In this document: piece by piece, positions 54,937 through 64,000 of the stretch | Numbering within the stretch: position 1 is the first letter of the stretch | How the letters are laid out: each line of letters opens with the position of its first letter | Assembly: GCA_963754975.1 (NCBI GenBank) | Contig: CAVWII010000017.1 | Location: 14,287 to 78,286 of the forward strand | Direction of reading: 5' to 3' | Origin: an uncultured Alphaproteobacteria bacterium | GTDB taxonomy: Bacteria; Pseudomonadota; Alphaproteobacteria; Rhizobiales; Beijerinckiaceae | Length of the DNA stretch: 64,000 nucleotides | Notes under the pieces: model-generated | Told to the model about the DNA's origin: nothing | The model's database searches: none | What the model saw: only the letters and a program-made list of their open reading frames with translations | Program-made: the position numbers and the translations under genes

Positions 54937-55515
54937 TCAATACGGCGTGCCGCCCTGACGCTGGCGCGCCAGGGCCTCCGCGTACCAGGTCAGCTCGTCG
55001 AGGAAACGCCCCGCGGCCTTCGCGATCCACGGCGCCTCGGCGCGGCCCTCCGCATCGAGCAGGCGGCCGACCTCCGGAAAGGGCAGGAGCGAGGGAATGC
55101 TCGGCGTGCCGAGCTCGCAGAGCATGGCGCGCAGCTGCATCGCCGCCCGCACCCCGCCGAAGCGCCCGCCGGAATAGCAGGCAATGGCTGACGGCCGCCA
55201 AAAATACTCTTCGAGGAAATGGTCGAGGAGGTTCGAGAGCGCCGGCGGGATGCTGTGATTGTACTCGGCCGAGACGACGAGAAAGGCGTCTGCGCGCCGG
55301 TAGAGCGTCGCAAGCCGTTCCAGCACTGCCGGCGCTTCGCCCTTGGCGTGCTCCTTGTACATCCGGTCGAGGATCGGCAGGTCGATTTCGCACGGATCGA
55401 CGAGATGCGCCTCGTGGCCGCGCTCCTCGAGCGCCCGCACGAGAAACCGCGCCACCCGGATGCCTTGCCGGTCACGGCGTACGCTGCCCAGGATCACCGG
55501 CACGACGAGCGGCAT
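54937..55515 (-). CDS. NADPH-dependent FMN reductase
   Basis: ILGSVR, EYNHSIP.ALSN.LD and YS.G.FGG.RA motifs. Confidence 0.92.
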   Translation of the reverse strand: MPLVVPVILGSVRRDRQGIRVARFLVRALEERGHEAHLVDPCEIDLPILDRMYKEHAKGEAPAVLERLATLYRRADAFLVVSAEYNHSIPPALSNLLDHFLEEYFWRPSAIACYSGGRFGGVRAAMQLRAMLCELGTPSIPSLLPFPEVGRLLDAEGRAEAPWIAKAAGRFLDELTWYAEALARQRQGGTPY

Positions 55516-55663
55516 GATTGCGGTTCCCAGCGGATCGGGGGGCAAGGGTACAGCACAGGTTTGCCTGGGTCATCGGGAACGGTTTTCGGGAATTCCTCGC
55601 AACCGAGACAGGGAATATCCCGAAGAGGGAACGCCTGCCAAAAACCCCGGCGTCCATGTCCGA

Positions 55664-55691
55664 AATTCGCATAAGATATATTATGGAACTA
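55664..55691. other. dif site (XerC/XerD recombination site)
   Basis: AATTCGCATAA-GATATA-TTATGGAACTA has the 11-6-11 layout of E. coli dif (GGTGCGCATAA-TGTATA-TTATGTTAAAT). It is intergenic and KOPS polarity flips here. Confidence 0.9.
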
Positions 55692-55740
55692 AGTCGTGCT
55701 GGCGGAGCTGCGTCCGCCGGGCCCTCTCACACCGACCCTC

Positions 55741-56913
55741 TCACACCGGCATTCGGAAGGTGAAGCGCGTCTCGTTCGCGCTCGACGCCGCCGCAAGGGT
55801 GCCTCCGTGGGCGGCGGCGATCTCGCGGGCGATGTAGAGGCCGAGGCCGAGGCCGTGCTGGCCCGGACGCGCCGCGACGCGGAAGAACGGCTGGAACAGT
55901 CGCTCCAGGATCGCCGGCGGCAGCGGCGCGCCCTTGTTCGCCACCGACAGGGAAAAGACGCTGTCGTCGGTCGACGCGGACACCGTGACCGGCGCGTCGG
56001 GCGCGCCGTGCGTCAGGGCGTTGCCGACGAGGTTCGAGAGAAGCTGCGCGATGCGGGCGCGGTCGCAGCTCACCGGCCTTGCGATCGAAAAGCGCGTCTC
56101 GATCGTGCGGTCGGGCCAGGCGGCGCGCAGTTCCTCGACGACCTGTTCCAGGGCCGGCCCGAGCGCCGGCTGCGCGTCGCGGGAAAGCAGAAGGCCGCCG
56201 CCGAGGCGGCCGCGGGCGAAGTCGAGGACATTGTCGATCAGTTCGCTCATGCGGCCGACACTGCTCTGGACGAGGCCGACGACGGTGGCGCCGCGCGGGC
56301 TGAGGGCCTCCTTCAGGAGCATCTTGGCGCCGGCGTCGATCGAGGCGAGCGGGTTGCGAAGGTCGTGGCCGAGGACGGCGATGAACTGCTCGCGCAGTTC
56401 GGATGCGCTGCGCTCGTCGAGAAGGCTCGCCTCGCTCGCCGCAAGCCTGTCACTGGCGTCGAGATGGAAGCCGATCAGCTCCGCGAAGAGCTTGAACATG
56501 CCGATCGTCTCGGGATTCTTAAGCCGCGCCGGCCGCGGATCGATGGCGCAGAGCGTCCCGAAGAAGGAGCCGTCCGGCAACCTGATCGGCATCGAGATAT
56601 AGCTCTGAAAGCCGTACATCGCCGGCGTCGGATGTCCGCAATAGACGGCATCGTCGGCGACATGGTCGATGATCACGGGCTCGCCCGCGTTCCGGACCTC
56701 GCGGCAGATGGTGGTCTCGACCTTCAATTCGCCGCCGGGCTGCAGGCCGAAGGCGATGTCGTCCTTCACGGCGCAGGCGATCCAGCGGTCCTGCGTCACG
56801 CGCGCGACGGCGGCGAAACCCATTCCGGTCGTCCGGCAGACGACCTCGAGAATGGTCGGCACCGCGCGGATGCGATCGATCGCGGCGAGATCCGCCTCGA
56901 AATTCGCCGCCAT
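55741..56913 (-). CDS. GAF-domain sensor histidine kinase
   Basis: GAF (TGMGFAAVARV, GTLCAIDP), H-box GHDLRNPL, N-box NL.GNA, F-box LFQPF and GLGLGL. Confidence 0.93.
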   Translation of the reverse strand: MAANFEADLAAIDRIRAVPTILEVVCRTTGMGFAAVARVTQDRWIACAVKDDIAFGLQPGGELKVETTICREVRNAGEPVIIDHVADDAVYCGHPTPAMYGFQSYISMPIRLPDGSFFGTLCAIDPRPARLKNPETIGMFKLFAELIGFHLDASDRLAASEASLLDERSASELREQFIAVLGHDLRNPLASIDAGAKMLLKEALSPRGATVVGLVQSSVGRMSELIDNVLDFARGRLGGGLLLSRDAQPALGPALEQVVEELRAAWPDRTIETRFSIARPVSCDRARIAQLLSNLVGNALTHGAPDAPVTVSASTDDSVFSLSVANKGAPLPPAILERLFQPFFRVAARPGQHGLGLGLYIAREIAAAHGGTLAAASSANETRFTFRMPV

Positions 56914-57743
56914 CAGCCGGTCCGGCTCAGCGCCGGCTCGGCGCCGACGGAGATGTCGATCGTCAGGCCGTCATAGGCCGGCTCGATTCCCGCCGGCAGC
57001 TCGCGGCTCAGGGTCGCGTAGTCGAGATCGGTGTGCATGTTGGTCAGAATCGCGCGGCGTGGCCGCACGCGCTCGATCACCGCGAGGGCCTCGGCGAGGG
57101 AAAAATGGGTCGGATGCGGCGCATGGCGCAGGGCGTCGAGGATGAGCACGTCGAGACCCTCGAAGAGTGGCCAGCTTTCGTCGGGGATGCGGCTGACGTC
57201 GGGCGCGTAGCAGAGATCGCCGAAGCGGAAGCCGAGGGCATCGATGTCGCCGTGAACGAGGCGGAACGGCTCCGCCGCGATCGCGCCGCCCTGCCCTGCG
57301 ATCGTTACCGTCGTCCCGGCCGTCATCCGCTGCGCGGCGAGGATCGGCGGGTACTGGCTGCCCGGAGGCGCCTCGAAGCAATAGGCGAAGCGGGCCATCA
57401 GGAGTTCGCCGGTGATGCGGTCCATGTAGACAGGCATGCGCCGGCGCATGGCGATCACGAGCGGGCGCAGATCGTCGATGCCGTGCGTGTGGTCCGCGTG
57501 CTCGTGACTGAACAGGACGGCGTCGAGCCGGCGCACCTCGGCGTCGAGAAGCTGCTCGCGCAGGTCCGGCGTCGTGTCGATGAGCACGGAGGTCTTGCCG
57601 TCGGGCCCGCAGCGCTCGACGAGGAGCGAGCAGCGCCGGCGGCGGTTCTTCGGCTCGCGCGGATCGCAAGCGCCCCAGCCGCTGCCGACCCGCGGCACGC
57701 CGCCGGAGGAGCCGCAGCCGAGAATTTTGACGCGCAGGCTCAT
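56913..57743 (-). CDS. MBL-fold metallo-hydrolase (PhnP-like)
   Basis: ILGCGSSGGVP, LIDT.PDLR.Q and HEHADHTHG motifs. Confidence 0.93.
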   Translation of the reverse strand: MSLRVKILGCGSSGGVPRVGSGWGACDPREPKNRRRRCSLLVERCGPDGKTSVLIDTTPDLREQLLDAEVRRLDAVLFSHEHADHTHGIDDLRPLVIAMRRRMPVYMDRITGELLMARFAYCFEAPPGSQYPPILAAQRMTAGTTVTIAGQGGAIAAEPFRLVHGDIDALGFRFGDLCYAPDVSRIPDESWPLFEGLDVLILDALRHAPHPTHFSLAEALAVIERVRPRRAILTNMHTDLDYATLSRELPAGIEPAYDGLTIDISVGAEPALSRTG

Positions 57744-58546
57744 GCGGCGCCCTCGGCGGCGACGCGGTCGGCGGTCGCGGCCTTTTCGAACAGGCGGTAG
57801 AAATTGTCCGTGGTCAGCTGGGCGATGTCGGTTTCGCTGACGCCGATCGTCTCGGCCAGAACCTTCGCCGTATGCACCGCGTAGGCGGGCTCGTTGGTGT
57901 GGCCGCGGTGCGGCGTGGGAGCAAGATAGGGCGCATCGGTCTCGACGAGGAGCCGGTCCCGCGGCAGCGCCGCCGCGATGCGGCGCAGTTCCTCGGACTT
58001 CTTGAAGGTCAGGATGCCGGAGAACGAGACGTAAAAGCCGAGTGCGACGCCCGCCTCCGCCAGGGCTGCGCCGGAGGAAAAGCAATGCAGGACCGCCCTG
58101 TAAGGGCCGCTTTTCATCTCCTCCTCGAGGATGCGGATCATGTCCGCGTCGGCGTCGCGGGCGTGGATGACGAGGGGCAGCCCGGTCTCCCGCGCCGCGG
58201 CGATGTGGCTGCGGAAGACGCGCTGCTGCACGTCGCGGGGGCTCTTGTCATAAAAATAGTCGAGCCCCGCCTCCCCGATCGCGACGCAGCGCGGGTGCCG
58301 CGACAGGGCGGCGATCTCGTCCACGGGGACGTCCGGCTCGGCCGCGGCGCTGTGCGGATGCGTGCCGACCGTGCAGAACACGCTCTCATGCGCCTCCGCG
58401 AGGGCGCGATAGATGTCGAAGCGGCGGACATAGGTCGAGATCGTCACCATCCGGCCGATCCCGGCCGCGCCGGCGTTCGCAAGCACCTGCGGCAGGCGCG
58501 AGGCGAGGTCCGGGAAGTCGAGATGGCAATGGCTGTCGACGAGCAT
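57740..58546 (-). CDS. tatD: TatD family hydrolase
   Basis: DSHCHLD, G.HPH, IGE.GLDY, IH.RDA, HCF and LVETDAPYL motifs. Confidence 0.95.
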   Translation of the reverse strand: MLVDSHCHLDFPDLASRLPQVLANAGAAGIGRMVTISTYVRRFDIYRALAEAHESVFCTVGTHPHSAAAEPDVPVDEIAALSRHPRCVAIGEAGLDYFYDKSPRDVQQRVFRSHIAAARETGLPLVIHARDADADMIRILEEEMKSGPYRAVLHCFSSGAALAEAGVALGFYVSFSGILTFKKSEELRRIAAALPRDRLLVETDAPYLAPTPHRGHTNEPAYAVHTAKVLAETIGVSETDIAQLTTDNFYRLFEKAATADRVAAEGAA

Positions 58547-58604
58547 CGGTCTCACCCGGCCTCGCCCTTTGCGCCTCTCTCCCTCCCAGGAGTCCAACTC
58601 ACCC

Positions 58605-58771
58605 CCTCATCCTGAGGAGGGCCGGACCGCAGGTCCGACCCGTCTCGAAGGATGCTCCAGGAGGCTCGGAAACGCCATCGCGCGGCGCCGGGCGTCGGGA
58701 GCTTCCCGCGTTCCCTGGAGCATCCTTCGAGACACCCTGCACCTGGCGGGCCAGGGTTCCTCAGGATGAGG
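58605..58771. repeat. 167-bp palindromic MITE/REP-like element, family 2
   Basis: 14-bp terminal inverted repeat CCTCATCCTGAGGA/TCCTCAGGATGAGG and a perfect 20-bp internal inverted repeat (58642-58661 / 58714-58733). Confidence 0.88.
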
Positions 58772-58803
58772 TCGCGGGGGAAGCTGAACGATGGGACAAA
58801 CGC

Positions 58804-60354
58804 TCACGCGGCCTCCGGCTCGACGTAGCGCGGGAAGATCGGGGCGGGGGCCGGCAGCGCGGCGCCGGCCTTCAGGCGATGCAGCGGGCCGGCGGCGGCC
58901 AGCGTGCGCTCGGCCGCCGGCACGGCGAGAAGGTCGAGAAGCTTTGCCGCCGAACCCGGAACGAAGGGCAGCGCCAGAATGCCGATCGTGCGCAGGACCT
59001 CCGCGGTCACGTAGAGCACCGTCGCCATCCGGGCCGGATCGGCCTTGCGGAGCACCCACGGCTCCTGCCCCGCGAAATAGCGGTTCGCCTCCGCGACGAC
59101 TGCCCAGATCTCGGCGAGCACGATGTGGAGCGCGAAATCGGACATCGCGGCGCGGGCCTTCGCCGGCAGCGCGTCCGCGAGCCAGAGAAGATCGCGGTCC
59201 GCCTGCGCGAGATCGCCGGGCGCCGGCAAGACGCCGCCGAGGTTCTTCGCGATCATGGTCAGCGAGCGCTGCGCGAGGTTGCCGAGATCGTTCGCGAGAT
59301 CGGCGTTGATGCGGTTCACGATCGCCTCGTGCGAATAGTTGCCGTCCTGGCCGAACGGCACTTCGCGCAGAAAGAAATAGCGCAGCTGGTCGACGCCATA
59401 GGCGTCGGCGAGCGCGAAGGGATCGACGACGTTGCCGACCGACTTCGACATCTTCTCGCCGCGGTTGAACAGAAAGCCGTGCCCGAAGACGCGCTTCGGC
59501 AGCGCGATCCCCGCCGACATCAGGAAGGCCGGCCAGTAGACCGTGTGAAAGCGGACGATGTCCTTGCCGATGATGTGCACGTCCGCCGGCCAGTAATGGC
59601 GCCGCGGCGAGGCCTCGTCGGGAAAGCCGGTGCCGGTGATGTAGTTGTTGAGCGCGTCGATCCAGACGTACATGACGTGCCTTGGGTCGCCCGGCACCGG
59701 CAGGCCCCAGGCGAAGGTGGTGCGGCTGATCGAGAGGTCCTGCAGCCCGGAGCGGACGAAGCTGACGATCTCGTTCCGCCGCGTCTCCGGCCCGATGAAG
59801 GACGGATACTCCTCGTAATGCGCGAGGAGCCGGTCCTGATAGGCGGAGAGGCGGAAGAAGTAGCTCGCCTCCTCGATCCACTCGACGGGCGTGCCGGTTG
59901 GCGCGTGGAAGCTGCCGTCGGCGGCCTTCGTCAGCTCGCCCTCGTCGTAATAGGCCTCGTCCCGGACCGAGTACCAGCCGGAATACTTCGAGAGGTAGAT
60001 ATCGCCGGCCGCCTCCATGCGGCGCCAGAGCTCGTGCGTCGAGACGAGGTGGTCCGCATCCGTCGTGCGGATGAAGCGGTCGTAGGAGCATTCGAGTCGA
60101 TCCGCCATGGCGCGGAACTTTTGCGCCATTTCGTCGACGAGCGCCTTTGCGCTGAGGCCGGCCCGGTCGGCCGCCTGCTGAATCTTGAGGCCGTGCTCGT
60201 CCGTGCCCGTCATGAAGAAGACGTCGTCGCCGTCAAGCCGCTTGAACCGGGCAATCGCATCCGCGGCGACGACTTCGTAGGCGTGCCCGATATGCGGGGC
60301 GCCGTTCGGATAGGCGATTGCCGTCGTGATGTAGTATTTCTGCCGCTCGGCCAT
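58804..60354 (-). CDS. metG: Methionine--tRNA ligase
   Basis: YPNG.PHIGH, GTDEHG, YVW.DAL.NY, IGKDI.RFH and KMSKS motifs. Confidence 0.98.
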   Translation of the reverse strand: MAERQKYYITTAIAYPNGAPHIGHAYEVVAADAIARFKRLDGDDVFFMTGTDEHGLKIQQAADRAGLSAKALVDEMAQKFRAMADRLECSYDRFIRTTDADHLVSTHELWRRMEAAGDIYLSKYSGWYSVRDEAYYDEGELTKAADGSFHAPTGTPVEWIEEASYFFRLSAYQDRLLAHYEEYPSFIGPETRRNEIVSFVRSGLQDLSISRTTFAWGLPVPGDPRHVMYVWIDALNNYITGTGFPDEASPRRHYWPADVHIIGKDIVRFHTVYWPAFLMSAGIALPKRVFGHGFLFNRGEKMSKSVGNVVDPFALADAYGVDQLRYFFLREVPFGQDGNYSHEAIVNRINADLANDLGNLAQRSLTMIAKNLGGVLPAPGDLAQADRDLLWLADALPAKARAAMSDFALHIVLAEIWAVVAEANRYFAGQEPWVLRKADPARMATVLYVTAEVLRTIGILALPFVPGSAAKLLDLLAVPAAERTLAAAGPLHRLKAGAALPAPAPIFPRYVEPEAA

Positions 60355-60375
60355 GAACCGTCCTTCGTCGCAAAC

Positions 60376-61440
60376 CTAGCTCGTCCGGCGGATCGCGGCC
60401 GCGAGATCGTCGAACAGCGCCAGGACGAGGGGGCGGCGGTCAAGATTGTAGATTTCAATCTCGCGCGCCGACCGCGCGACCTTGTCACATACCTCTACGA
60501 GAGGCGCAAGGCGCCGGGCCCCCTCCCCGGCCCCGCGGCGCAGGCGCTCGCCGACCCAGCGCCGCGCCGTGTCGAGGACGAGCGCGAACTCCTCCTCCGC
60601 GCCGCGGCGGGCGAAGGTCTCCGCAATCGCGAGGACGGCTCGCATGTCCTGGCGCGGCAGCGCGTCGAGGAGACCGTTCACCCGCTCGACGAAGGCGATG
60701 GTGTCGGCGTCGAGGAGCTCGAGCGTTCGCCGCACCGAGCCGTCGCCGAGCGCGAGGGCTGCCCGGCGGACCGGGTCCGGAGCATCCGCAAAGGGCGGGC
60801 CGAGGCTGTCGACGACGGTGCCGACTTCGGCCTCGCTCAAGGGGCGCAGCAGGAGGCGGCGGCAGCGCGAGCGGATCGTCGGCAGCACCCGCTCGGGGGC
60901 GTGGGCGACGATCAGGAACATGGCCCGCGCGGGCGGTTCCTCGATGACCTTGAGGAGGGCGTTGGCGGATTGCGCGTTGAAATCCTCCGCGCTGTCGACG
61001 ATCACGACGCGAAAACTGCCGTCGACGGAGGTCGAACCGAACAACTCGACGGCGCGGCGGGTGGCGCGGGCGGGGATCTCGGTGAGGAGGCGCCGGCCAT
61101 CCTCCGACATCGTCCGCCGCAGCACCGCGAGGCCGGGATGCGCGCCGGCGCCAACCTGCCGCGCGACCGGATGCGCCGGATCGACGTCGAGGCCCGTCAC
61201 GCTCTCGATGCGTCCCGGCCCGAGGGCCAAGAGCCGGCGCGCGACGCGATAGGCGAGCGTCGCCTTGCCGATCCCGGGCGGGCCGCCGATCAGCCAGGCT
61301 GGCGGCAGGCGCCCGCTTGCGAAGGATTCGAGGAAGGCCGCCTGCGCCGCCGCGTGCCCGACGAGCGACGACCGCGTGCGCGGATGCGGCGTTCCCGCGA
61401 GCTGGTCGGGCAGGACGAACTCATCGGTCTCACGCGACAT
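60376..61440 (-). CDS. holB: DNA polymerase III subunit delta'
   Basis: GP.GIGKATLA, ANALLK.IEEPP and LPTIRSRC motifs. Lies between tmk and metG. Confidence 0.95.
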   Translation of the reverse strand: MSRETDEFVLPDQLAGTPHPRTRSSLVGHAAAQAAFLESFASGRLPPAWLIGGPPGIGKATLAYRVARRLLALGPGRIESVTGLDVDPAHPVARQVGAGAHPGLAVLRRTMSEDGRRLLTEIPARATRRAVELFGSTSVDGSFRVVIVDSAEDFNAQSANALLKVIEEPPARAMFLIVAHAPERVLPTIRSRCRRLLLRPLSEAEVGTVVDSLGPPFADAPDPVRRAALALGDGSVRRTLELLDADTIAFVERVNGLLDALPRQDMRAVLAIAETFARRGAEEEFALVLDTARRWVGERLRRGAGEGARRLAPLVEVCDKVARSAREIEIYNLDRRPLVLALFDDLAAAIRRTS

Positions 61441-62098
61441 GGGCGGTCACCGCGGCGGGTCTTGCGAGGTCCGGCAGGCGGCGGCGCACGACTTCGAAGA
61501 CCGCATCCTCGACCGCGTCCGCGGGCGCGGTCCCGTCGAGGACCGCGCAGCGGCCGGGAAAAGCCGCCGCGATGTCGCGAAAGCCGCGGCGCAGGGCCTC
61601 GTGAAAGGCGATCTCCTCCGCCTCGAAGCGGTCGGCCCCCTCTCCTCCCCGCCGGCTGCGGGCGCGGGCGAGGCCGACCTCCGCCGGAAGGTCGAGGACG
61701 ATCGTCAGGTCCGGCTGCGTGCCGGCGACGACGATCCGGTCGAGGGCGTCGAGGAGGCGACGGTCGGCCTCGCCCGCGGCGCCCTGATAGGCGCGGGTCG
61801 AATCCGCGAACCGGTCCGAGAGCACGTGCACGCCCTCCGCAAGAGCGGGCCGGATCAGCGTCTCGAGATGGTCGAGCCGGGCGGCGTAGAAGAGGAGCGC
61901 CTCGGCGCCGGGCCCGAGCGCCTTGGCGCGTCCGCTCAGGATGAACCGGCGGATGTGCTCCGCCTTCTCCGATCCGCCGGGCTCGCGCGTCGCCGCGATC
62001 CGATGGCCGAGCGCCTCGAGCCGCCTCTTCAGGCGCGCGATCTGGGTCGACTTGCCGGCCCCCTCCCCGCCCTCGAAGGTGATGAAGCGCCCCCGCAT
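61430..62098 (-). CDS. tmk: Thymidylate kinase
   Basis: FITFEGGEGAGKSTQ, TREPGG and DRF.DST.AYQG motifs. Confidence 0.97.
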   Translation of the reverse strand: MRGRFITFEGGEGAGKSTQIARLKRRLEALGHRIAATREPGGSEKAEHIRRFILSGRAKALGPGAEALLFYAARLDHLETLIRPALAEGVHVLSDRFADSTRAYQGAAGEADRRLLDALDRIVVAGTQPDLTIVLDLPAEVGLARARSRRGGEGADRFEAEEIAFHEALRRGFRDIAAAFPGRCAVLDGTAPADAVEDAVFEVVRRRLPDLARPAAVTAHVA

Positions 62099-63300
62099 CA
62101 GCCGCGGTTGCTGATCGACGACAAGGCCCGCCTGAACAGTCCGCCGCCCGCTTCAAGGAGTCCGTCGAGGGCCTTCTGCTGCAGGCTGCCCTCGCCGACG
62201 TCCTCGCCCGCGTAGAGCGGCAGTTCGAGGGCCTGCAATTCGCCCCGGGTGACCTGAAGCTTGCCGATTCGGGTGCCCTTCTTCACCGGCGCCTGGATCG
62301 GGCCGGTATAGACGATCTTCGCCGACAGCCGGTCGCTCGAGCCGCGCGGCAGCAGCACGCGGATCGGCCTCTGCGAGACGAGCGGCAGGGAGCGCGTCGA
62401 GCCGCCGAACACGGTCGCCTCGCCGACCGGCTCGTTCTCCGCGAAGAGCTGGCGGGATTCGAAGGCCCGGAAACCCCATTCGAGGAGCTTGCGCGATTCC
62501 AGCGCCCGGTCCTTCGCGGTCTTGAAGCCATTGACGACGACGACGAGGCGCTGCCCGTTCTGCACCGCGGAGCCGACGAGGCCGTAGCCGGATTCATCGA
62601 TGTTGCCGGTCTTCAGACCGTCGGCGCCGATATCCATGGTCAAGAGCGGATTGCGGTTCAACTGCCGGATCTTGTTCCAGGTGAACTCCTTCTCCGCGAA
62701 GATCTTGTAGAGGTCCGGATAGGTGGCGATGATGTGCAGGGCGAGCTTGGCGAGGTCGCGCACGGTCGTCTTCTGGTCCGGGTGGCCGTAGCCCGTGGCG
62801 TTGCGGAATGTCGTCTTCGCCATGCCGAGTTCGCGGGCGCGCTCGGTCATCATCCGGGCGAAATTGTCCTCGGTGCCGGCAATGCCCTCGGCGACGGCGA
62901 TCGAGGCGTCGTTGCCCGATTGCACGATGATGCCGCGCAAGAGATCGGACAGCTTCACGCTGCTGTTGACGAGGGCGAACATCGACGAGCCGCCGGAACC
63001 GGCGCCGCCGCGCCGCCAGGCGCCCTCGGAGATGACGAACTCGGTGTCGAGGTTGATGCGGCCCTTCTTCATCTCGTTGAAGACGAGCTCGACGGTCATG
63101 GTCTTCGCCATGCTCGCCGGCGCGTTGAGTTCGTCCGCGTTCTTCTCGAACAGGACGGTGCCGCTGTCGGCGTCGATCAGGATCGCCTCGGGCGCAGTGG
63201 TCTGAAAACTCTGCGTGGTCTGGGCGCGGCCGGGTGTCGCCGCAAGGGCGGCGAGGACAGCGAGGGCGAGAGCCTGAACGAGCGGGCGAAACCGGGCCAT
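62098..63300 (-). CDS. dacA: D-alanyl-D-alanine carboxypeptidase (PBP5/6)
   Basis: SxxK (PASMAK), SGND and KTG motifs plus a C-terminal PBP5 domain. Confidence 0.95.
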   Translation of the reverse strand: MARFRPLVQALALAVLAALAATPGRAQTTQSFQTTAPEAILIDADSGTVLFEKNADELNAPASMAKTMTVELVFNEMKKGRINLDTEFVISEGAWRRGGAGSGGSSMFALVNSSVKLSDLLRGIIVQSGNDASIAVAEGIAGTEDNFARMMTERARELGMAKTTFRNATGYGHPDQKTTVRDLAKLALHIIATYPDLYKIFAEKEFTWNKIRQLNRNPLLTMDIGADGLKTGNIDESGYGLVGSAVQNGQRLVVVVNGFKTAKDRALESRKLLEWGFRAFESRQLFAENEPVGEATVFGGSTRSLPLVSQRPIRVLLPRGSSDRLSAKIVYTGPIQAPVKKGTRIGKLQVTRGELQALELPLYAGEDVGEGSLQQKALDGLLEAGGGLFRRALSSISNRG

Positions 63301-63406
63301 GGCGATGCGCTTCCCGAAAAGATGCCGGAATGTGCGTCCGCGAAGGCCGGAAATCAACGTGCGCCCTCGTCCCGGCTCGCCTCAGGCGACCCGGGACCGC
63401 AGCCGG

Positions 63407-63665
63407 TCAGCGCTTCACCGGCGAGATGAAGGCGGTGCGGTCGAGGCTCGAGAAGGCCTGCCCGGCCCCGAAGCGGGCCTGCCGCGCGGGCTCGGCGTAA
63501 TAGACCGCGGCGACCTGAGGCCGCGCCGGCGGCAGAATGGCAACGGCGCTGACGACGGTTACCGGGGTGGCGGCGTGCGGGATCGTGCCGAGGTCGTAGG
63601 GGCGCTCCGGCGGCAGCGGGACGCTCGCCGCGGCGAGGGTCACAGGCATCGCCGTTGCCGGGGGG
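63407..63665 (-). pseudogene. 3' fragment of a Pro/Ala-rich gene, probably the tail of RlpA; 5' part absent
   Basis: PLPPERPYDLG-containing tail upstream of dacA, where rlpA normally sits. Upstream of ~63665 the frame is only antisense to an ABC ATPase. Identity rests on synteny. Confidence 0.45.
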
Positions 63666-63667
63666 CG

Positions 63668-64000
63668 GCGGGGCGAACGGAGCTGCTGGAGACGCTCGCA
63701 GGGCGGCTCGCGGCGGCGAGCGGCACGGTGACGCTCGACGGCGAGCCGCTCGGCCGGGCCTCGATCGGTGAGCGGATCATCCTCGGCGTCGCACTCGTGC
63801 CGGAGGACCGGCAACGCGACGGCCTGGTCCAGTCGATGTCGGTCGGCGAGAACATGACCCTGGCGAGCCTGTCGCGCTACGTCCGCAGCCTCTGGGTCGC
63901 CCGCGACCGGGAGCGCGGCGCGATCGACCGGATGATGCGCCAGGTCACCGTCAAGGCGGCGGGGCCGCAGGCCGCGATCGGCTCGCTCAGCGGCGGCAAC
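63668..64000 (+). CDS. Internal fragment of a sugar ABC transporter ATP-binding protein (second NBD); no 5' end, runs off the window
   Basis: Manual translation AGRTELLETLAG...VALVPEDRQRDGLVQSMSVGENMTLASL...IGSLSGGN. Absent from the ORF track. Confidence 0.85.

Noticed and set aside
53587-56913. Integrative element exploiting Xer at dif
   Set aside because: No second dif-like site, no integrase or replication gene, and no obvious compositional shift in the flanking genes.
40891-61944. Very long antisense or off-frame ORFs (e.g. 40891..44556, 49728..52139, 58879..61944)
   Set aside because: Arg/Gly/Pro-rich shadow ORFs expected at ~70% GC, overlapping well-supported genes.

Overview
A roughly 70% GC core-chromosome segment of an alphaproteobacterium. 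Gene content and order suggest Hyphomicrobiales, possibly Methylobacteriaceae-like (inference). Most of it is housekeeping: lipA, ratA, cinA, ispDF, ssb, gyrA, opgGH, glmU, glmS, recG, sdhE, mfd, ialB, hspQ, rimO, tatD, metG, holB, tmk, dacA. It also carries a hydroxy-acid/inositol catabolic block (4.7-12.1 kb), a BMP-type ABC transporter and a small accessory cluster at the left end. A chromosome-dimer-resolution dif site lies at 55664-55691 and KOPS octamers switch strand around it, so the window probably spans the replication terminus. Two families of palindromic intergenic elements are present. Many essential genes carry single-base frameshifts clustered at about 22.5-28.2 kb and 44.4-48.9 kb, most likely sequencing errors. 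A mid-gene to mid-gene junction at about 63.66 kb suggests a chimera or rearrangement. I saw no CRISPR array, rRNA, tRNA, IS or prophage. The best candidates for undescribed biology are (i) the left-end cluster (Gly/Asn-repeat subtilase, secreted Arg-rich repeat protein, small proteins) sharing an ECF-type promoter motif and (ii) an orphan solute-binding protein next to a degenerate adenylate-forming enzyme and a pseudo-receiver. Both are hypotheses only.
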